Shown here: positions 63,375 to 64,000 of the stretch, piece after piece
Layout: each line of letters opens with the position of its first letter
Numbering within the stretch: the stretch's first letter is position 1
DNA from: Vicugna vicugna
Taxonomy: Eukaryota
Direction: 5' to 3'
DNA: 64,000 nt
NCBI GenBank assembly: GCA_013265495.1
Contig: MU058781.1
Coordinates: 124,001 to 188,000, forward strand
Notes under the pieces: model-generated
The model's input: only the letters and a program-made list of their open reading frames with translations
Told to the model about the DNA's origin: nothing
Database searches by the model: none
Made by a program: the position numbers and the translations under genes

Positions 63375-63490
63375 GCTGGAACATCCCTTAACCTCTTAAA
63401 TTCTCAACGCCTCAGTTCCCTCACTGGTTAAATGAAGCAATAGAAATCAGATACCTCCAAGATTGTATCAGCTCTGATATTCTATGAATG
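63375..63490 (+). mobile_element. MIR fragment resuming after the LTR
   Basis: CTTAACCTCT..GCCTCAGTTCCCTCACTGGTTAAATG..CAGCTCTGATATTCTATGA. Confidence 0.7.
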
Positions 63491-64000
63491 TCTATAGACA
63501 AAGGTTTTGTTCTAACTTAAAAGACATGTTTTAGGACTGGGAATAAAAATCTCAGGTTTCTGACTCCAGTGCAGAAAGTAGACAAGCATTCATAACATGG
63601 CAGATCTAATAAGGTGAAGGGATCAAATACACGTTAGTGTAATTAATGAAATCAAAACCATGGAGAATTGAATCATAACACTTAAAACAGGAAGTGATCA
63701 ATTTATTTTAATGTCAGTTGTGGTTTGTATGTATGTACTGTGGTAAAATTGTTGAACATTATTTCCTTTGGAAGCTCAAGACTTACCTATTCATTACTTT
63801 GATTAATCTATTTTGTAGGCAAAAAAATAAATATTTCACTTTGTGATGCTAGGCTTATCCTGTGATTTTTTTTGAAGTGGTTTTGTATAACACTAGAAAT
63901 TTGTTTCTTTGTAACTTATGGAGCTACGGGTTTGTGCCATCCTCTTTTGCTATCTTAATATCCTTCTGTTGATCTACTTCAGTTGTCATGATTCACGAAG

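Noticed and set aside
1..64000. Prokaryote-type systems (CRISPR, operons), numt, endogenous viral genes, tRNA/rRNA
   Set aside because: No regularly spaced repeats, dense ORFs, mitochondrial, gag/pol/env or structural RNA signatures seen. The sequence is ordinary mammalian non-coding DNA.

Overview
Repeat-rich mammalian genomic DNA that looks like a large intron or gene desert. I could not identify any cellular protein-coding exon, RNA gene, viral gene or organellar insert. The only ORFs with recognisable homology (1-2012) are broken pieces of LINE-1 ORF2 in one young, 5'-truncated L1 with a perfect 17-bp target-site duplication. The L1 3' UTR type and the absence of Alu, B1, Bov-tA/A2, PRE1, CHR2 and SINEC copies suggest an artiodactyl, probably a camelid (inference). 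The rest is a typical eutherian mosaic of L2, MIR, L3/CR1, HAL1, old L1M, MaLR/ERVL solo LTRs (MLT1, MLT2, LTR16, MER21, MER54/73/74-like), DNA transposons (MER58B, MER5A, MER2-type) and microsatellites, separated by unique DNA with enhancer-like motif clusters. The most notable observations are a small CpG island built on an ancient L2 remnant, a near-consensus CTCF site inside a MIR, a phase-compatible chain of candidate minus-strand exons, an NFI palindrome with a PBX/HOX cluster, nested TE insertions and one candidate structured RNA. I found no convincing evidence of a new biological system. Repeat family names were assigned by eye from remembered consensus sequences, and old-repeat boundaries are approximate.
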